From positions 4,851-68,850 of the forward strand of contig JAFUTN010000003.1 in the NCBI GenBank assembly GCA_017484225.1: a stretch of 64,000 bases of DNA. The letters are read 5' to 3'. This DNA comes from Alphaproteobacteria bacterium. GTDB taxonomy: Bacteria; Pseudomonadota; Alphaproteobacteria; RF32; CAG-239. Under the pieces are notes generated by a model that saw only the letters and a list, made by a program, of their open reading frames with translations, had not been told where the DNA came from and did not search any database. Below, one piece after another: positions 36,606-47,254 of the stretch (position 1 is the stretch's first letter; each line of letters starts with the position of its first letter). Made by a program: the position numbers and the translations under genes.

Positions 36606-37513
36606 GCAATAATATAACCGGATTCAAAAGAAAAACCTTTTAACAGTTCTTCTGTATCCATGGCTTTTTTGCCTTGTCGTTGCATTTTTTTAACCTCTAA
36701 TGAGCCGTTTTCACAACCGATAAATAATTTATCATCTTCTTGCATAATTTGTCCTACGGCAAGTTTTTTTGAGCTTTCTATAGCATATAAAATTTTAAAT
36801 CTTTCTTTGTTGTATTCAAAATAAACTGCCGGATAGGGGTTAAAAGCTCTTATTTTATTGCATAAATCATAAGAAGAAGCGGCAAAGTTTATTTTACATT
36901 CCGACTTATCAATTTTTTGTGCGTAACAAGATAAAGAATCGTCTTGTTTAATCGGCGGATATTTTTTGATATCGGCTAAAACTTTTGATATTAAATCAGC
37001 TCCGGCTAAAGAAAGTTTATCGTGCAAAAGTTCACCGGTAGTGTCTTGTTTTATTTCAACAACCGTTTTTGCCAACATATCTCCGGTATCAAGTCCTTCG
37101 GCCATTTGCATAACCGTAACGCCGCTTTCTTTATCACCGGCTTCTATTGCTCTTTGAATTGGAGCGGCACCGCGCCAACGCGGTAGTAAGGAAGCATGAA
37201 TATTAACACATCCGAAAGGGAAAGCTTCAAGAATTTCTTTTGGTAAAATAAGTCCGTATGCCGCAACTACGGCAATATCGGCATTTAAATCAGCAAATTT
37301 TTTTTGCTCATCAATATTTTTCAGCGTTTTTGGTGTTCTTACCTCAATCCCTGATTGTTCGGCAAACAAGTGAACCGGTGTTTTTGACAATAAATTTCCT
37401 CGTCCGGCTACTTTCGGTTCACGAGTATATACGCAAACAACATCATGTTCTTGTGTTAACCGCTGCAAAGCCGGAACGGAAAAATCCGGCGTCCCCATAA
37501 AAACAATTTTCAT
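36602..37513 (-). CDS. fmt: Methionyl-tRNA formyltransferase
   Basis: 303 aa with MKIVFMGTPDFSVPAL and HASLLPRWRGAAPIQRAI. Confidence 0.95.
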   Translation of the reverse strand: MKIVFMGTPDFSVPALQRLTQEHDVVCVYTREPKVAGRGNLLSKTPVHLFAEQSGIEVRTPKTLKNIDEQKKFADLNADIAVVAAYGLILPKEILEAFPFGCVNIHASLLPRWRGAAPIQRAIEAGDKESGVTVMQMAEGLDTGDMLAKTVVEIKQDTTGELLHDKLSLAGADLISKVLADIKKYPPIKQDDSLSCYAQKIDKSECKINFAASSYDLCNKIRAFNPYPAVYFEYNKERFKILYAIESSKKLAVGQIMQEDDKLFIGCENGSLEVKKMQRQGKKAMDTEELLKGFSFESGYIIA

Positions 37514-39399
37514 TAATCTGTTAATCCTGCACGATTATAATTAACTTCCACCTTGTAACTTTCGGCAAAATTTTTAAGCAAAGCATCAGACATTATTTCT
37601 GCCGCATTGGCCTTAAGATTTTCGGTAAGAGTATTTATATCGGACTCTTTTAATGAAGAAGAATCATCATAAATATCTGAAGTTAAAGCAACCACAAAAT
37701 CATCACCGTTTTTAATCACCAACTTTTCGTTTTTAGGTTGTGCAAACAGGGATAAAATATCTGATGTTTGCAGATTATCAAAATTTTCGCCGCGAGATAT
37801 AGGCATGGTTTTTTTCAAAGCCAATCCGTAACGATTTGCCACATCATTGATTGTGTCTCCGGCATCCAAGTCATGTTCAATATTGTCAACAAGCTCTTGG
37901 ACAATAGATGATTTTTCGTTTTCAATCCATATTTGTTTGATTTTGTCGCTGACTTGTTCTTTCGGAGCAACATGGGATTCATTTATTTTATTGATTTTAA
38001 CAACAACAATACCCATATCATCTTCAACCGTTTGACTTGTTTCACCTTCGCTGTATGAGAATATTGCATCAATAATATCACCGTTGCCTAATAATTGTGC
38101 AACATTTAAATTTTTACTCTCGGATGTTCCGTCCTCAGTAACACCTTTAACATCTATCAAAGGAATATTATAACTTTCGGCAATACTCTCCAAAGAAGTT
38201 TCTGCTCCCAATTTATCTTCTATATCGGAAACAATTTCATAACTTCCGTCATAGGCTTTTTCTTCTTTAAGATTAGCAACAATCTGTTGGTTTGCAATTT
38301 GTCTGTCCGTTTTACTTGCCGGTTTTACCGATAAAACTTTAACAATTTGCCATTCTTCATTAATTTCTATAGGTTCGGAAAAAGAACCGTTTTCCATTGA
38401 AAATACCTGTTCTGACAAATCAGACATTAATTGGTCTGCAGAAACAAGCCCGAGGTCAATATCTTTTTGTTCAAATTTTGCGGCAACATCTGCAAATTCT
38501 TCACCGTTTTGAAGCATGGAATAAGCCTCATCTGCCTGCTCTTTGGATGTGAAAAGCATTTGTTGAACACTGCGCTGTTCCGGTTGTTCAAATTCATCAA
38601 TATGTTCTTTGTAATAAGCTTCAATTTCTTCATCACTGATTTGAGTATTTGCGGCAATATCATCAAGAGAAACATATAACATGGTAATATCTCTTTTTTC
38701 CGGAACGGTAAATTCTTCACTGAAATCGTCATAATATTGATTCAATTCCTCCTCAGAAGGCTGACGATCAATTTTTGCTTCGTCTTTTTTGATGTCAATA
38801 TACTTGAAAATACGGCGTTGTCCGGCAACTTTTTTCATTTGATTTATTTCAATTTGCGGAACTTTAGCACCGGCAACCTGAGATTCTAAAATAACTTTAC
38901 GAGCCAAATTTCTCTTAATTTCAGTAACAAATTCTCTTTCACTCATTCCGGTTTTTTGCAAATACCATTTGAATGCTTCTTTATCAAATTTCCCGTTATC
39001 GGAAAATTGCGGATTAAGCAAAATAACGTTACGAACCAAGTTTTCACTGAAATCAATGCCGAATTTATTCATAGTGTTATCAATAATAGCACCGTTGAGT
39101 TTTGATTTTAACAACTCGTTAGCCAATTCGTTTTTAATATTATTATCTTCGGAATCAATATTTGCACCGAGAATTGCGCGTAATTTAGCCAATTCTCTTT
39201 GCAACGCAAAATTGAACTCACTTTGGCTTATTTCAACATTATCAACTTTTATAACCGTTTTATTGTTGTTTGCGGTTGTAATATAGCCGGAAACACCGAA
39301 TAAAGAAACAAAACTCAAGGCCGTAACGGTTAAAATTAATTTTGTAAAAATGCTGTTACGCATATTAGAAAGCTTACCTATCATTACTTTTAATCCCAT
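37513..39399 (-). CDS. PpiD-like periplasmic chaperone / peptidyl-prolyl isomerase (SurA N-terminal domain protein)
   Basis: 628 aa. N-terminal TM anchor, a SurA_N-like region, and a central parvulin-like region (..RSVQQMLFTSKEQADEA..). Confidence 0.7.
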   Translation of the reverse strand: MGLKVMIGKLSNMRNSIFTKLILTVTALSFVSLFGVSGYITTANNNKTVIKVDNVEISQSEFNFALQRELAKLRAILGANIDSEDNNIKNELANELLKSKLNGAIIDNTMNKFGIDFSENLVRNVILLNPQFSDNGKFDKEAFKWYLQKTGMSEREFVTEIKRNLARKVILESQVAGAKVPQIEINQMKKVAGQRRIFKYIDIKKDEAKIDRQPSEEELNQYYDDFSEEFTVPEKRDITMLYVSLDDIAANTQISDEEIEAYYKEHIDEFEQPEQRSVQQMLFTSKEQADEAYSMLQNGEEFADVAAKFEQKDIDLGLVSADQLMSDLSEQVFSMENGSFSEPIEINEEWQIVKVLSVKPASKTDRQIANQQIVANLKEEKAYDGSYEIVSDIEDKLGAETSLESIAESYNIPLIDVKGVTEDGTSESKNLNVAQLLGNGDIIDAIFSYSEGETSQTVEDDMGIVVVKINKINESHVAPKEQVSDKIKQIWIENEKSSIVQELVDNIEHDLDAGDTINDVANRYGLALKKTMPISRGENFDNLQTSDILSLFAQPKNEKLVIKNGDDFVVALTSDIYDDSSSLKESDINTLTENLKANAAEIMSDALLKNFAESYKVEVNYNRAGLTD

Positions 39400-39495
39400 A
39401 AAAACAATAAAATTTTTTGCTATTATTTGCTATTATAAGATATTAAATAATTAATGCAAATCATAAATTAAATTATGCAATCAAAATTAAAGGAT

Positions 39496-40317
39496 TTAAA
39501 ATTTTATTTCCCAAATTCCGTAATCGTTTAAGAGTAACAGTGTTCCGAGAAAAATACGATAAATTACAAATGGTAAAAAACTCCATTTTTTCAGCCAAAT
39601 CATTAAAATATAGATTGCCATAACAGAAAACAAAAAAGAGTAAGTAACTGCATCATAGTAAGTCAGCAGCGATTGCAAACCTTCGTTTTTCCAAATTTCT
39701 ACACAAGTTAAAATACCGGCACACAAAATAACGGGAATGGCTAACAGCATGGAAAATTTTGCGGCTTCACGTCGTTCCATACCTAAAAATCTGCACATTG
39801 TGATTGTTGTTCCGGAACGGCTTGTTCCCGGAAAAAGAGCTATACACTGTGCAAAACCGATAAGAAGCGCATCCTTAATTCTTAAATTTTTTATTTTAAG
39901 AACAGTTAGTGAAAAGTGGTCAAAAATCCATAATAAAATGCCGAAAATGATTAAATTCCATCCGATAAGTTTTGTATTGCGCAAAAATTCAAGTCCGTGA
40001 AATTTAAGTAATGCACCGACAAAAAGCGCCGGTATGGTTGCTATTATCAAAAGATAAAATAACTTTGTCCCTTCATCACTGAAAACAGGTTTCAGTTTGT
40101 TTTTCCATAAACTTTTGCCGATTTTAATAATGTCTTCGGCAAAATAAATAATAACAGCCAAAACAGAACCGATATGCAAAGCAACATCCATTGCATTGCC
40201 CTGATCCGGAAAATCGGTCAATTTTGAAAACAAAATTAAATGGCCGGAAGAGCTGACCGGTAAAAATTCGGTAATTCCCTGCAATAGCGAAAGAAGAATG
40301 ATATTAAGCGTAGTCAT
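39496..40317 (-). CDS. uppP: Undecaprenyl-diphosphate phosphatase
   Basis: 273 aa. QGITEFLPVSSSGHL and PGTSRSGTTI are BacA/UppP signatures. Confidence 0.93.
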   Translation of the reverse strand: MTTLNIILLSLLQGITEFLPVSSSGHLILFSKLTDFPDQGNAMDVALHIGSVLAVIIYFAEDIIKIGKSLWKNKLKPVFSDEGTKLFYLLIIATIPALFVGALLKFHGLEFLRNTKLIGWNLIIFGILLWIFDHFSLTVLKIKNLRIKDALLIGFAQCIALFPGTSRSGTTITMCRFLGMERREAAKFSMLLAIPVILCAGILTCVEIWKNEGLQSLLTYYDAVTYSFLFSVMAIYILMIWLKKWSFLPFVIYRIFLGTLLLLNDYGIWEIKF

Positions 40318-40327
40318 TTTTTATCCC

Positions 40328-41677
40328 TTAAGAAAATAAATCCAGTTGCCGTGTCCTGTTTTCACCATCAATTTTTACGGTTATACAGTCATCAGCAAAT
40401 TGAATTTTTAATGTTCCCGATTTTTTTGCCTGCTCTGAGTTGTAAACTGTTTTGTTTTTATGGTCTTTAACCCAAGAAAATCCACGTTTCAGAACAGATT
40501 CCACCGAAACGCTTTCCATCCGCAAACCCAGATTTTGTAATGCATCTGTTTTTGTTTTTACTAAATTTTGAATCAGTTGAGAACGAAAATTGCACAACAT
40601 CACCTGATTTTTTTTGTCTTTTACCAAGTTTAGAAAAGATAATTTCAGTCTTTCTGCCCGTTCATCAAGCTTCTGCCTGCTTTCCATCACTATTTGGTCA
40701 AGCGAAGGTATCCCCCGTTTAATATCCTGCAACCTTTGCTTGCGCTCGCTGAAATAACGATAAACAGATGTTTTCATCCGCAAATCCATATTGATTAAAG
40801 AATTAAAAAGTTCATTTTTAACCGGAACGGCAAATTCGGCAGCACCGGTAGGAGTAGGAGCCCGCACATCTGCGGCGTAATCAATCAGCATTGTGTCAGT
40901 TTCGTGTCCGACGGCAGAAATCAACGGAATTTGGGAATTATATACGGCGCGAACCACTAATTCGTCGTTAAACGGCCATAAATCTTCCAGACTTCCTCCT
41001 CCTCTGGCAACAATCAAGACATCCGGACGCAAACCGGATTGCTCGGAAAGAGAGTTAAAACCGTTTATTGCTTGAGCAATCTTTTCGGCAGATCCTTCTC
41101 CTTGCACTGCCGTGGGCCAAACAATAATTCTGCAGGGAAATCTGTCGGTTATACGGTGAATAATATCACGAATTACCGCACCGGTGGGGCTTGTTACTAC
41201 GCCGATAGTTTTTGGGAGATAAGGAATTTTTTGCTTGTGAGAAGAATCAAAAAGTCCTTCAGCCAAAAATTTTTGCTTGCGTTCTTCCAAAAGTTTCAGC
41301 AAGGCACCAACGCCGGCAATTTCCAAATGTTCTATAACAAGTTGATAAGAGGAGCGCCCGTTAAAAGTGGTTATTTTTCCGGTTGCCACAACTTCAACTC
41401 CATCTTCTATTTTTACCGGTAAATTGTTGGCAACTCCGCGCCAACATACGGCAGAAAGCAAAGAATTTTCATCCTTAAGGGACAGATACCAATGTCCGGA
41501 ATCAGCCCTTTTAGCACCGAAAATTTCTCCCTTAACCCGCACATAAGCAAAAGAATTTTCCACCAACCGCTTAATTTCAGCCGAAATTTCGCTGACGGTA
41601 TATTCTTTTTGTATACGCGACAATATTTCATCACTCATATCTATCATATGGCCACAATAGCAATTAAATATGAACAA
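40328..41677 (-). CDS. xseA: Exodeoxyribonuclease VII large subunit
   Basis: 449 aa. OB fold (VRVKGEI..SGHWYLSLKD), catalytic core (ARGGGSLEDLWPFNDE) and a coiled-coil tail. The true start is probably an internal Met near 41638-41647. Confidence 0.92.
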   Translation of the reverse strand: MFIFNCYCGHMIDMSDEILSRIQKEYTVSEISAEIKRLVENSFAYVRVKGEIFGAKRADSGHWYLSLKDENSLLSAVCWRGVANNLPVKIEDGVEVVATGKITTFNGRSSYQLVIEHLEIAGVGALLKLLEERKQKFLAEGLFDSSHKQKIPYLPKTIGVVTSPTGAVIRDIIHRITDRFPCRIIVWPTAVQGEGSAEKIAQAINGFNSLSEQSGLRPDVLIVARGGGSLEDLWPFNDELVVRAVYNSQIPLISAVGHETDTMLIDYAADVRAPTPTGAAEFAVPVKNELFNSLINMDLRMKTSVYRYFSERKQRLQDIKRGIPSLDQIVMESRQKLDERAERLKLSFLNLVKDKKNQVMLCNFRSQLIQNLVKTKTDALQNLGLRMESVSVESVLKRGFSWVKDHKNKTVYNSEQAKKSGTLKIQFADDCITVKIDGENRTRQLDLFS

Positions 41678-41709
41678 TAAATTAATTAACCGTCACAAAA
41701 GAAAAAATT

Positions 41710-42414
41710 TCACTCAAAAATCCATTCTATCGTGTTTTCGTTGTCATCACTTGTTGCCGCATCTGCTTCCGGCAATGTGTAACGTGTGCGCGTGCAAAAC
41801 CCGTAATATGAAGTATATCCTTCAGGACACGAAGAAACACAACCAACTCCCGCTTGCACGAATTTTTCTCCGCAACTCCAACATTCTCCGGTTTTATGAC
41901 AATTCGGAATTTTTGAATTTTGAAAAGGTGTTTCTCCCCCACCAAATTCATCTTCCGAAAAAACAACATCTTCCGGAAGTTCAATATATTCCAATAATCT
42001 GGTACCCTTAAATGCTCTGCTTCCGATTTCCTGCACATTAGGCAAAAAAAGATTTTTTAAACTGTAAGTATAGGCAAAAGCAGAGTTTCCGATTTTTGTG
42101 ATATTTTCAAGTCCTGAAACATCACTAAGATTATGTAAATTATGAAAGACTCTGTTTCCAATGCTTGTAACATTACCTTCAACCACGGCGTGCCTTATAT
42201 CTTTTCCTTGCCATGGTGTGTATATATCTTTTACATAATCCCCCATTTCGCCTTCACCGGAAATTGTTAAAGTTTTACTTATCTCATTATACGTGCATTT
42301 AACGCTGTCACTATATACACCATTAGTTGCAGGTCCGCAGTTCCATGTTTCGGCAAAAGCAGCACCGGCACCGATAAAACAAAAAATAAATAACAAATGT
42401 TTCATTTCAAACAT
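41710..42414 (-). CDS. Secreted BspA-type LRR / Cys-rich protein, paralog 5
   Basis: Starts at MFEMKHLL (42414; the second ATG at 42405 is more likely). The first ~45 codons are nearly identical in nucleotide sequence to paralog 1. C-terminus is CGEKFVQAGVGCVSSCPEGYTSYYGFCTRTRYTLPEADAATSDDNENTIEWIFE. The track ORF extension to 42543 runs through the leader RNA. Confidence 0.85.
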   Translation of the reverse strand: MFEMKHLLFIFCFIGAGAAFAETWNCGPATNGVYSDSVKCTYNEISKTLTISGEGEMGDYVKDIYTPWQGKDIRHAVVEGNVTSIGNRVFHNLHNLSDVSGLENITKIGNSAFAYTYSLKNLFLPNVQEIGSRAFKGTRLLEYIELPEDVVFSEDEFGGGETPFQNSKIPNCHKTGECWSCGEKFVQAGVGCVSSCPEGYTSYYGFCTRTRYTLPEADAATSDDNENTIEWIFE

Positions 42415-42438
42415 CCTTTCAAAATCAAAAGAGTTTAC

Positions 42439-42624
42439 AAAAAAGCCACCTGAATCGGTGGGCGGATGTTCAGAAACCATACAAGTATTAAGATGGCTCG
42501 GCGTTTTCGCGCAAAAAGCCTTATTGCACCGACATCCGCTCAAAACAGAATGAACGAATTATCGGTTTAAACCTCAAAAAATCACAAACTTGTGACTAAT
42601 ACTTGTAAAGGGTTCTGACGCCCT
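42439..42624 (-). promoter_or_regulatory. Structured leader RNA, copy 4 of the shared class, ending in an intrinsic terminator
   Basis: RNA sense: AGGGCGTCAGAACCCT ... GCGGATGTCGGTGCAATAAGGC ... CGCCGAGCC ... TGGTTTCTGAACATCCGCCC. Helices are TACAAGTATTA/TAATACTTGTA and CAG-AACC/GGTT-T-CTG. Terminator is CCACC-GATTCA-GGTGG-CTTTTTT. Confidence 0.8.
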
Positions 42625-42749
42625 GAAGTGCGCTTATTTCACACTCTGTTCTTCATAATAGCAAATAATTTTTCTTTTGCAATTAAAAAAGTGTGGTGTT
42701 TTATTAAGCCTTTTTTAAAAAGAATTGATGTAAAATCAGGCCAAGTTTT

Positions 42750-43664
42750 GTGTTTTTAAGGAAAATAAGCGTGCTGAAACTTTATAAATTTTTATTGCCT
42801 TGTTTTTGTTGCTTTGTTTTTTATTCTCAGCAGGCAACAGCTCAAACTGTGGTGAAACAAGAACAAAACAACTCGGCAAATGTAACGCAGTCTACATCCC
42901 TTACCGGATATGTGAAGGGTGAAGAAACAGCCAATCAGCCTGTTACTGATGAAAAAAAAGATGATGACCAAACTTGGGTAGGCTCGCTGGTTGATAAAGT
43001 TACGCAGAAAGGAGCGGATATAATATCTCCTAATGTTGCGCAAAATAATCAAAACAAAAAGCGTTCAAATGCTTCGGTTTTTGATATCTCCGGCGTAATG
43101 CTGAGGATGAGTTATAAGCAGGCAGCAGATGCTTTAACAAAACGCGGATACAAGATTACTTCGGCAAAGTATGAAATTCCGAATTTTATTCGCTGGAGGT
43201 ATGAGGAAATGTGCCGCAACCAAGGTGTTGTGGGCTATGAGCGTTTGGCTTCTTGTGTTACCCGCTTGGCGAAAAAAAATAACTATCAATATGTGTATGA
43301 AGCAAAATTTGATAATTTTAAAACCAAAGAAACAGTCAGCTTTTTTCTGACCAGTAATTTTACCGGAAATAAAGTTTTTAAGATTATTTATCAATCAGAA
43401 GCGGCAAATATCAGAGGCAGCGGACCGAAAGCGGATTATTTGCGCAATATCAAAATTTATGATTTTTGGAAAAAAATAAATCAAAAATACGGTTATCCGG
43501 ACAATCAGGAACAAGTTATTTGGGGAATGGGTGAAAATAAGCCGTTTTTACAGGCGGCAACCGGTAGACTTCTGCTTTATGATAAGATGTTGCAGGACTT
43601 GGATTATACCAGAATGTCACGCGAAGACCAAAAATTTATGAATACCGCCGTTTATACTTTTTAA
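42750..43664 (+). CDS. Hypothetical secreted protein
   Basis: 304 aa, with a non-ATG start in the track. Signal-peptide-like N-terminus ending QQATAQ. No recognised domain. Confidence 0.5.
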   Translation: MFLRKISVLKLYKFLLPCFCCFVFYSQQATAQTVVKQEQNNSANVTQSTSLTGYVKGEETANQPVTDEKKDDDQTWVGSLVDKVTQKGADIISPNVAQNNQNKKRSNASVFDISGVMLRMSYKQAADALTKRGYKITSAKYEIPNFIRWRYEEMCRNQGVVGYERLASCVTRLAKKNNYQYVYEAKFDNFKTKETVSFFLTSNFTGNKVFKIIYQSEAANIRGSGPKADYLRNIKIYDFWKKINQKYGYPDNQEQVIWGMGENKPFLQAATGRLLLYDKMLQDLDYTRMSREDQKFMNTAVYTF

Positions 43665-43674
43665 GGAGATTTCT

Positions 43675-44280
43675 ATGTTATACTCATCAACGGAAGTAAC
43701 AGAGCTGGTTTGCACACGTATCAGCCATGATTTAATCGGAAATATAGGAGCAATGTCCAACGGCTTGGAAATTTTAGGCGGCGAAGGTGAAGTTATTGAT
43801 GATGAAACAAAAAATATTTTGCAAACAGCTGTTGACATTCTTAAATACCGGCAAAAATTTTTCCGTATGGCTTTCGGTGTTCCTTCATACCAAACAAAGG
43901 CCGAGGAAGTTTTACAAGTGTGCAATGATTATGTTTCCACCATCGGGAGCAAATCTTATTCCATAAATGTAAAAATTTCGCAATTTGCTTCGGAGATAGC
44001 TCGCTATATTTGCCTTTGTGTAATGATTGCCGCAGATGTGTGTGTGCGCGGTGGAAACATTGAATTTTCCGCAAATAATAAACATTTGTGTGTAACAGTT
44101 TCGTCTGATTACGATTTATCCGCCGCTAAAATAGAAAAATATGAGAGCATAATTAAAAATGTTCAACAGGATAAAGATTCTCAGTATGCTCCTTTGATTT
44201 ATCTGCAAGCATTGCTGGGGGAAAACGTTCCGCTTGTTTTGGAAAAACAAGATAAAAAAATGTCACTGACCATCGGATAA
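43675..44280 (+). CDS. chpT: Histidine phosphotransferase ChpT
   Basis: 201 aa. ELVCTRISHDLIGNIGAMSNGLEIL matches the ChpT phosphorylatable-His helix (CckA-ChpT-CtrA relay of alphaproteobacteria). Confidence 0.8.
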   Translation: MLYSSTEVTELVCTRISHDLIGNIGAMSNGLEILGGEGEVIDDETKNILQTAVDILKYRQKFFRMAFGVPSYQTKAEEVLQVCNDYVSTIGSKSYSINVKISQFASEIARYICLCVMIAADVCVRGGNIEFSANNKHLCVTVSSDYDLSAAKIEKYESIIKNVQQDKDSQYAPLIYLQALLGENVPLVLEKQDKKMSLTIG

Positions 44281-45510
44281 TTATTTTTTTATCAGAACAC
44301 AAACAAAAAAATCGTCCGTATGTGTGCTGAGCGGTGAGCATTTGAGATATCTGTTTTCCGTAAACGGATACGGCAATTCCAATTTTCTCTCCCACAAATT
44401 TTGCATATTCATGGTTGTCATATCCGAATGTTTTTGTAAAAAGTTTTCTATTCTCATTTCATTTTCTTCCGGCAGCACCGAACACGTCATATATATAATG
44501 CGCCCATTATCCGTAATGTGATTGTATGCCGTTTCCAAAATTTCTTCTTGAGCGGTTTCAATAGCTTTTAATTGCTTTGGTGTAAGGCGATATTTGGCGT
44601 CGGGAGAACGTCGCCATGTTCCGCTTCCGGAGCAGGGTGCATCAACCACAAAACGATCAAATTTGTCGGATTGCTTCAGTTCAGAGATAATTTGAATATT
44701 TTTTATGCCCAATCTGTCAGCGCGTTCTCCGAGTTTTGCCATACGGTTTATATTTTTGTCGTGAGCATATATTTTGCCGTCATTTTTCAACAACATTCCC
44801 AAAAGCAAACTTTTGCCGCCTCCTCCGCAGCAATAATCAATAATTTTGGTATCTTTGCGAACATCACACAAAATTGCCCCGAGCTGAGAGGCTTCATCCT
44901 GCACCTCTATTTCACCGTTTTGGTAGGCTATACAGTTTTGCAGATTAACCCTTTCCGAGGAACGCAAACCATAAGGAGAATAAGGTGTAAACGAAAAAAA
45001 CAATCCTTCTTTTTGCAATTTGTTTTTTGCATCTTCTCTGCTTATAAAATTAGCTCTGATATCAGCCGAAGCTTTGTCATTCAAACTTTCAACCAATGCC
45101 GGATTATTTATTTTTTCATACAGCCATTTCGGGCATTCTTTTTCAACATATTCCGGATATACATCTTGGCTTAAGTTCGCCAGTTTTTCCTTTTCTTTTT
45201 TTGATACGCAAGCCATTCCGTATTGCGAACCGTCGGCAACAATATCCAAGTCTTCATCTTTAAGATAAGACAGCAAAATCATTCTGGTGTCGCAAACCTT
45301 GTTTTGTCCGTAAAATCCGCAGTCAAACTCCAATCTGCTCCGATGGCGAATAATATCCCAAACGGTTTCGGTGATAAATTTGCGGTCTTTAGAACCTATA
45401 TATTTACGGTTTCTGAGATATTCTTTTATGATGTTGTCTGCCGGATATTGGTCTTGAAAAATTTTTTCCAATATTTCCAAAACAGCTTGATATTTTGCGC
45501 TTATCTGCAT
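44281..45510 (-). CDS. rsmB: RsmB/NOP-family 16S rRNA m5C methyltransferase
   Basis: 409 aa. SAM site DYCCGGGGKS, catalytic DAPCSGSGTWRR, and MTCS. Confidence 0.85.
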   Translation of the reverse strand: MQISAKYQAVLEILEKIFQDQYPADNIIKEYLRNRKYIGSKDRKFITETVWDIIRHRSRLEFDCGFYGQNKVCDTRMILLSYLKDEDLDIVADGSQYGMACVSKKEKEKLANLSQDVYPEYVEKECPKWLYEKINNPALVESLNDKASADIRANFISREDAKNKLQKEGLFFSFTPYSPYGLRSSERVNLQNCIAYQNGEIEVQDEASQLGAILCDVRKDTKIIDYCCGGGGKSLLLGMLLKNDGKIYAHDKNINRMAKLGERADRLGIKNIQIISELKQSDKFDRFVVDAPCSGSGTWRRSPDAKYRLTPKQLKAIETAQEEILETAYNHITDNGRIIYMTCSVLPEENEMRIENFLQKHSDMTTMNMQNLWERKLELPYPFTENRYLKCSPLSTHTDDFFVCVLIKK

Positions 45511-45519
45511 AACAAATCC

Positions 45520-46305
45520 TTATTTTGCAACAATTTGAGTAATTTTTTCGGCTAAACCGGTTTTATCATTTGTTTCCACTAAAATTCCGTATAGCGTTCC
45601 CTCTCCCGTTGCCGGTATAAGTCTGTCGGCAACGTAGTGACGGCGCAAACGATTTATCGGAGCTTCAGGCATAAACCCGAGAACAGAGTTATAATCTCCG
45701 CACATTCCCACATCTGTAATATAAGCCGTTCCTTTCGGTAAAACTCTCGCATCTGCCGTCGGAACGTGAGTATGTGTGCCGGCAACACATGAAACTTTAC
45801 CGTCCAAATAATATCCCAAAGACAATTTTTCTGATGTTGCTTCGGCATGAATATCCACAAATACGGCGGAGCAATTTTTTCCCAAAGCGTATTGCTGCAA
45901 AATTTTATCTATTGCCTGAACCGGACAATCAACAGCTTCCATATATAAGCGGCCGAGAACCTGAATAACCGCTATCTTTCTTCCGTCTGCCAATTCATAA
46001 CACAAAAACCCGCGGCCGGCATTATCGGTCGGAATATTCAATGGCCGTATTATATTTTTACAATCATCTAAATACGGGATAATATCGCGCTGATTTAAAA
46101 AATGATTACCCGTGAGCAAAATATCTGCTCCTTTGGCAAAAAATTCTCGGCACATACCCGGAGTCACACCAAAACCGTGAGCGGCATTTTCAACATTAAC
46201 CATCATCACATCAATTTTATATTCATCTTTCAGGCGTTGCATATTATTATACACAACTTCTCGCCCGGATCTGGCGACAACATCACCGCAGTAAAAAATT
46301 TTCAT
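45520..46305 (-). CDS. YmdB-like metallophosphoesterase (TIGR00282 type)
   Basis: 261 aa with KIFYCGDVVARSGR, VNVENAAHGFG, DIHAEATSEK and GTHTHVPTAD. Confidence 0.85.
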   Translation of the reverse strand: MKIFYCGDVVARSGREVVYNNMQRLKDEYKIDVMMVNVENAAHGFGVTPGMCREFFAKGADILLTGNHFLNQRDIIPYLDDCKNIIRPLNIPTDNAGRGFLCYELADGRKIAVIQVLGRLYMEAVDCPVQAIDKILQQYALGKNCSAVFVDIHAEATSEKLSLGYYLDGKVSCVAGTHTHVPTADARVLPKGTAYITDVGMCGDYNSVLGFMPEAPINRLRRHYVADRLIPATGEGTLYGILVETNDKTGLAEKITQIVAK

Positions 46306-46424
46306 CTTATCTCCGTTTCTTTTTTGGCGATTATAACATTTGGAAGCCGTTATGCAATATTTTTGTTTGCACTGAAAAAAATATGTATTAAACTATGCGA
46401 TATCATATATCAAAGGAGTTTGTC

Positions 46425-46808
46425 ATGAAATTTTATTTTTTTGCTTTTTATCTTGTTTTATTTGCATTTTCCGCACAGGCAAAATCTCTTGATGACGAAG
46501 CGGCATACCCCAAAGAATATATGGAAATTAATTGGGAAAAAGAATTAAAGTTGAACCCGTTTCAAAGCGAAAAAATTAATACCATAAATCAAAAAACAAA
46601 AGAGCAAATGAACATTTTGCAAATGCAAATAGAAACGCTGCAATATGAAATGCTGGCTCTTACCGAAAATAACAACAAGCAAATTCGTGAAATTTTGGAT
46701 GGCAAACAAAAAGTTTTGTTTGATAAAATGCGGATAAAATACAATAAAGAGCATCATATAAATGAAGAAATCGCGAGACCGAGCCGTAAAAAAATGAATT
46801 TGCAATAA
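46425..46808 (+). CDS. Hypothetical periplasmic protein (Spy/CpxP LTxxQ-like?)
   Basis: The start at 46425 has an AAAGGAG SD 7 nt upstream. Signal peptide present. The helical, Q/K-rich LNPFQSEKINTINQKTKEQM resembles LTxxQ chaperones. This is a weak call. Confidence 0.45.
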   Translation: MKFYFFAFYLVLFAFSAQAKSLDDEAAYPKEYMEINWEKELKLNPFQSEKINTINQKTKEQMNILQMQIETLQYEMLALTENNNKQIREILDGKQKVLFDKMRIKYNKEHHINEEIARPSRKKMNLQ

Positions 46809-46868
46809 TTGAAATTTTGTTTTTGCGGCATATATTTCTCCTTGCTTTAATATTTTAGGAGATTAAAA

Positions 46869-47243
46869 ATGAAAAGTAAAATTATGTGGACTTTATCGTT
46901 GGTTGCCGCCTTGTTTTTAGGTTTTTCCGCCAATGCGGGGAGCGGCAAAACTATCAGCAAACCGGTAACTCATGCCGCAGATGCCCAAAATTTACCTGAA
47001 GACTCGGTTGTCTATATGCAAGGAACTCTAACCCAAAATTTGGGTGATGAAATGTATATTTTTACTGATGCTTCCGGTAATATTGATGTTGAAATTGATG
47101 ATTCCCTTATGCAAGGACAAAACTTTACTCCGAACATGGAAGTTATTATTACGGCAACTGTTGATAAAGACGGAAATGTTACATCTTTAGATGTTGCCGA
47201 AATTGAATTTGTTAATTCCAAACAAATGAGCAGTGCAAACTAA
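46869..47243 (+). CDS. YgiW/YdeI-family OB-fold stress protein
   Basis: 124 aa. Signal peptide and VYMQGTLTQNLGDEMYIFTDASGNIDVEIDD, typical of the BOF/YgiW family. Confidence 0.75.
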   Translation: MKSKIMWTLSLVAALFLGFSANAGSGKTISKPVTHAADAQNLPEDSVVYMQGTLTQNLGDEMYIFTDASGNIDVEIDDSLMQGQNFTPNMEVIITATVDKDGNVTSLDVAEIEFVNSKQMSSAN

Positions 47244-47254
47244 AAGAATTTTTA

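Noticed and set aside
41710-42543. The track ORF extends paralog 5 by 43 N-terminal codons (MSGCRCNKAF...).
   Set aside because: The extension reads through the conserved leader RNA and its terminator. All other paralogs start at the MFEMK/MK.. position with the AAAGGA SD, so the CDS was trimmed to 42414 (or 42405).
44572-45174. 200-aa plus-strand ORF. The many 60-160-aa ORFs inside valS, dnaE, mnmG, sufB and similar genes fall in the same category.
   Set aside because: These are shadow ORFs antisense to, or out of frame with, well-supported housekeeping genes.
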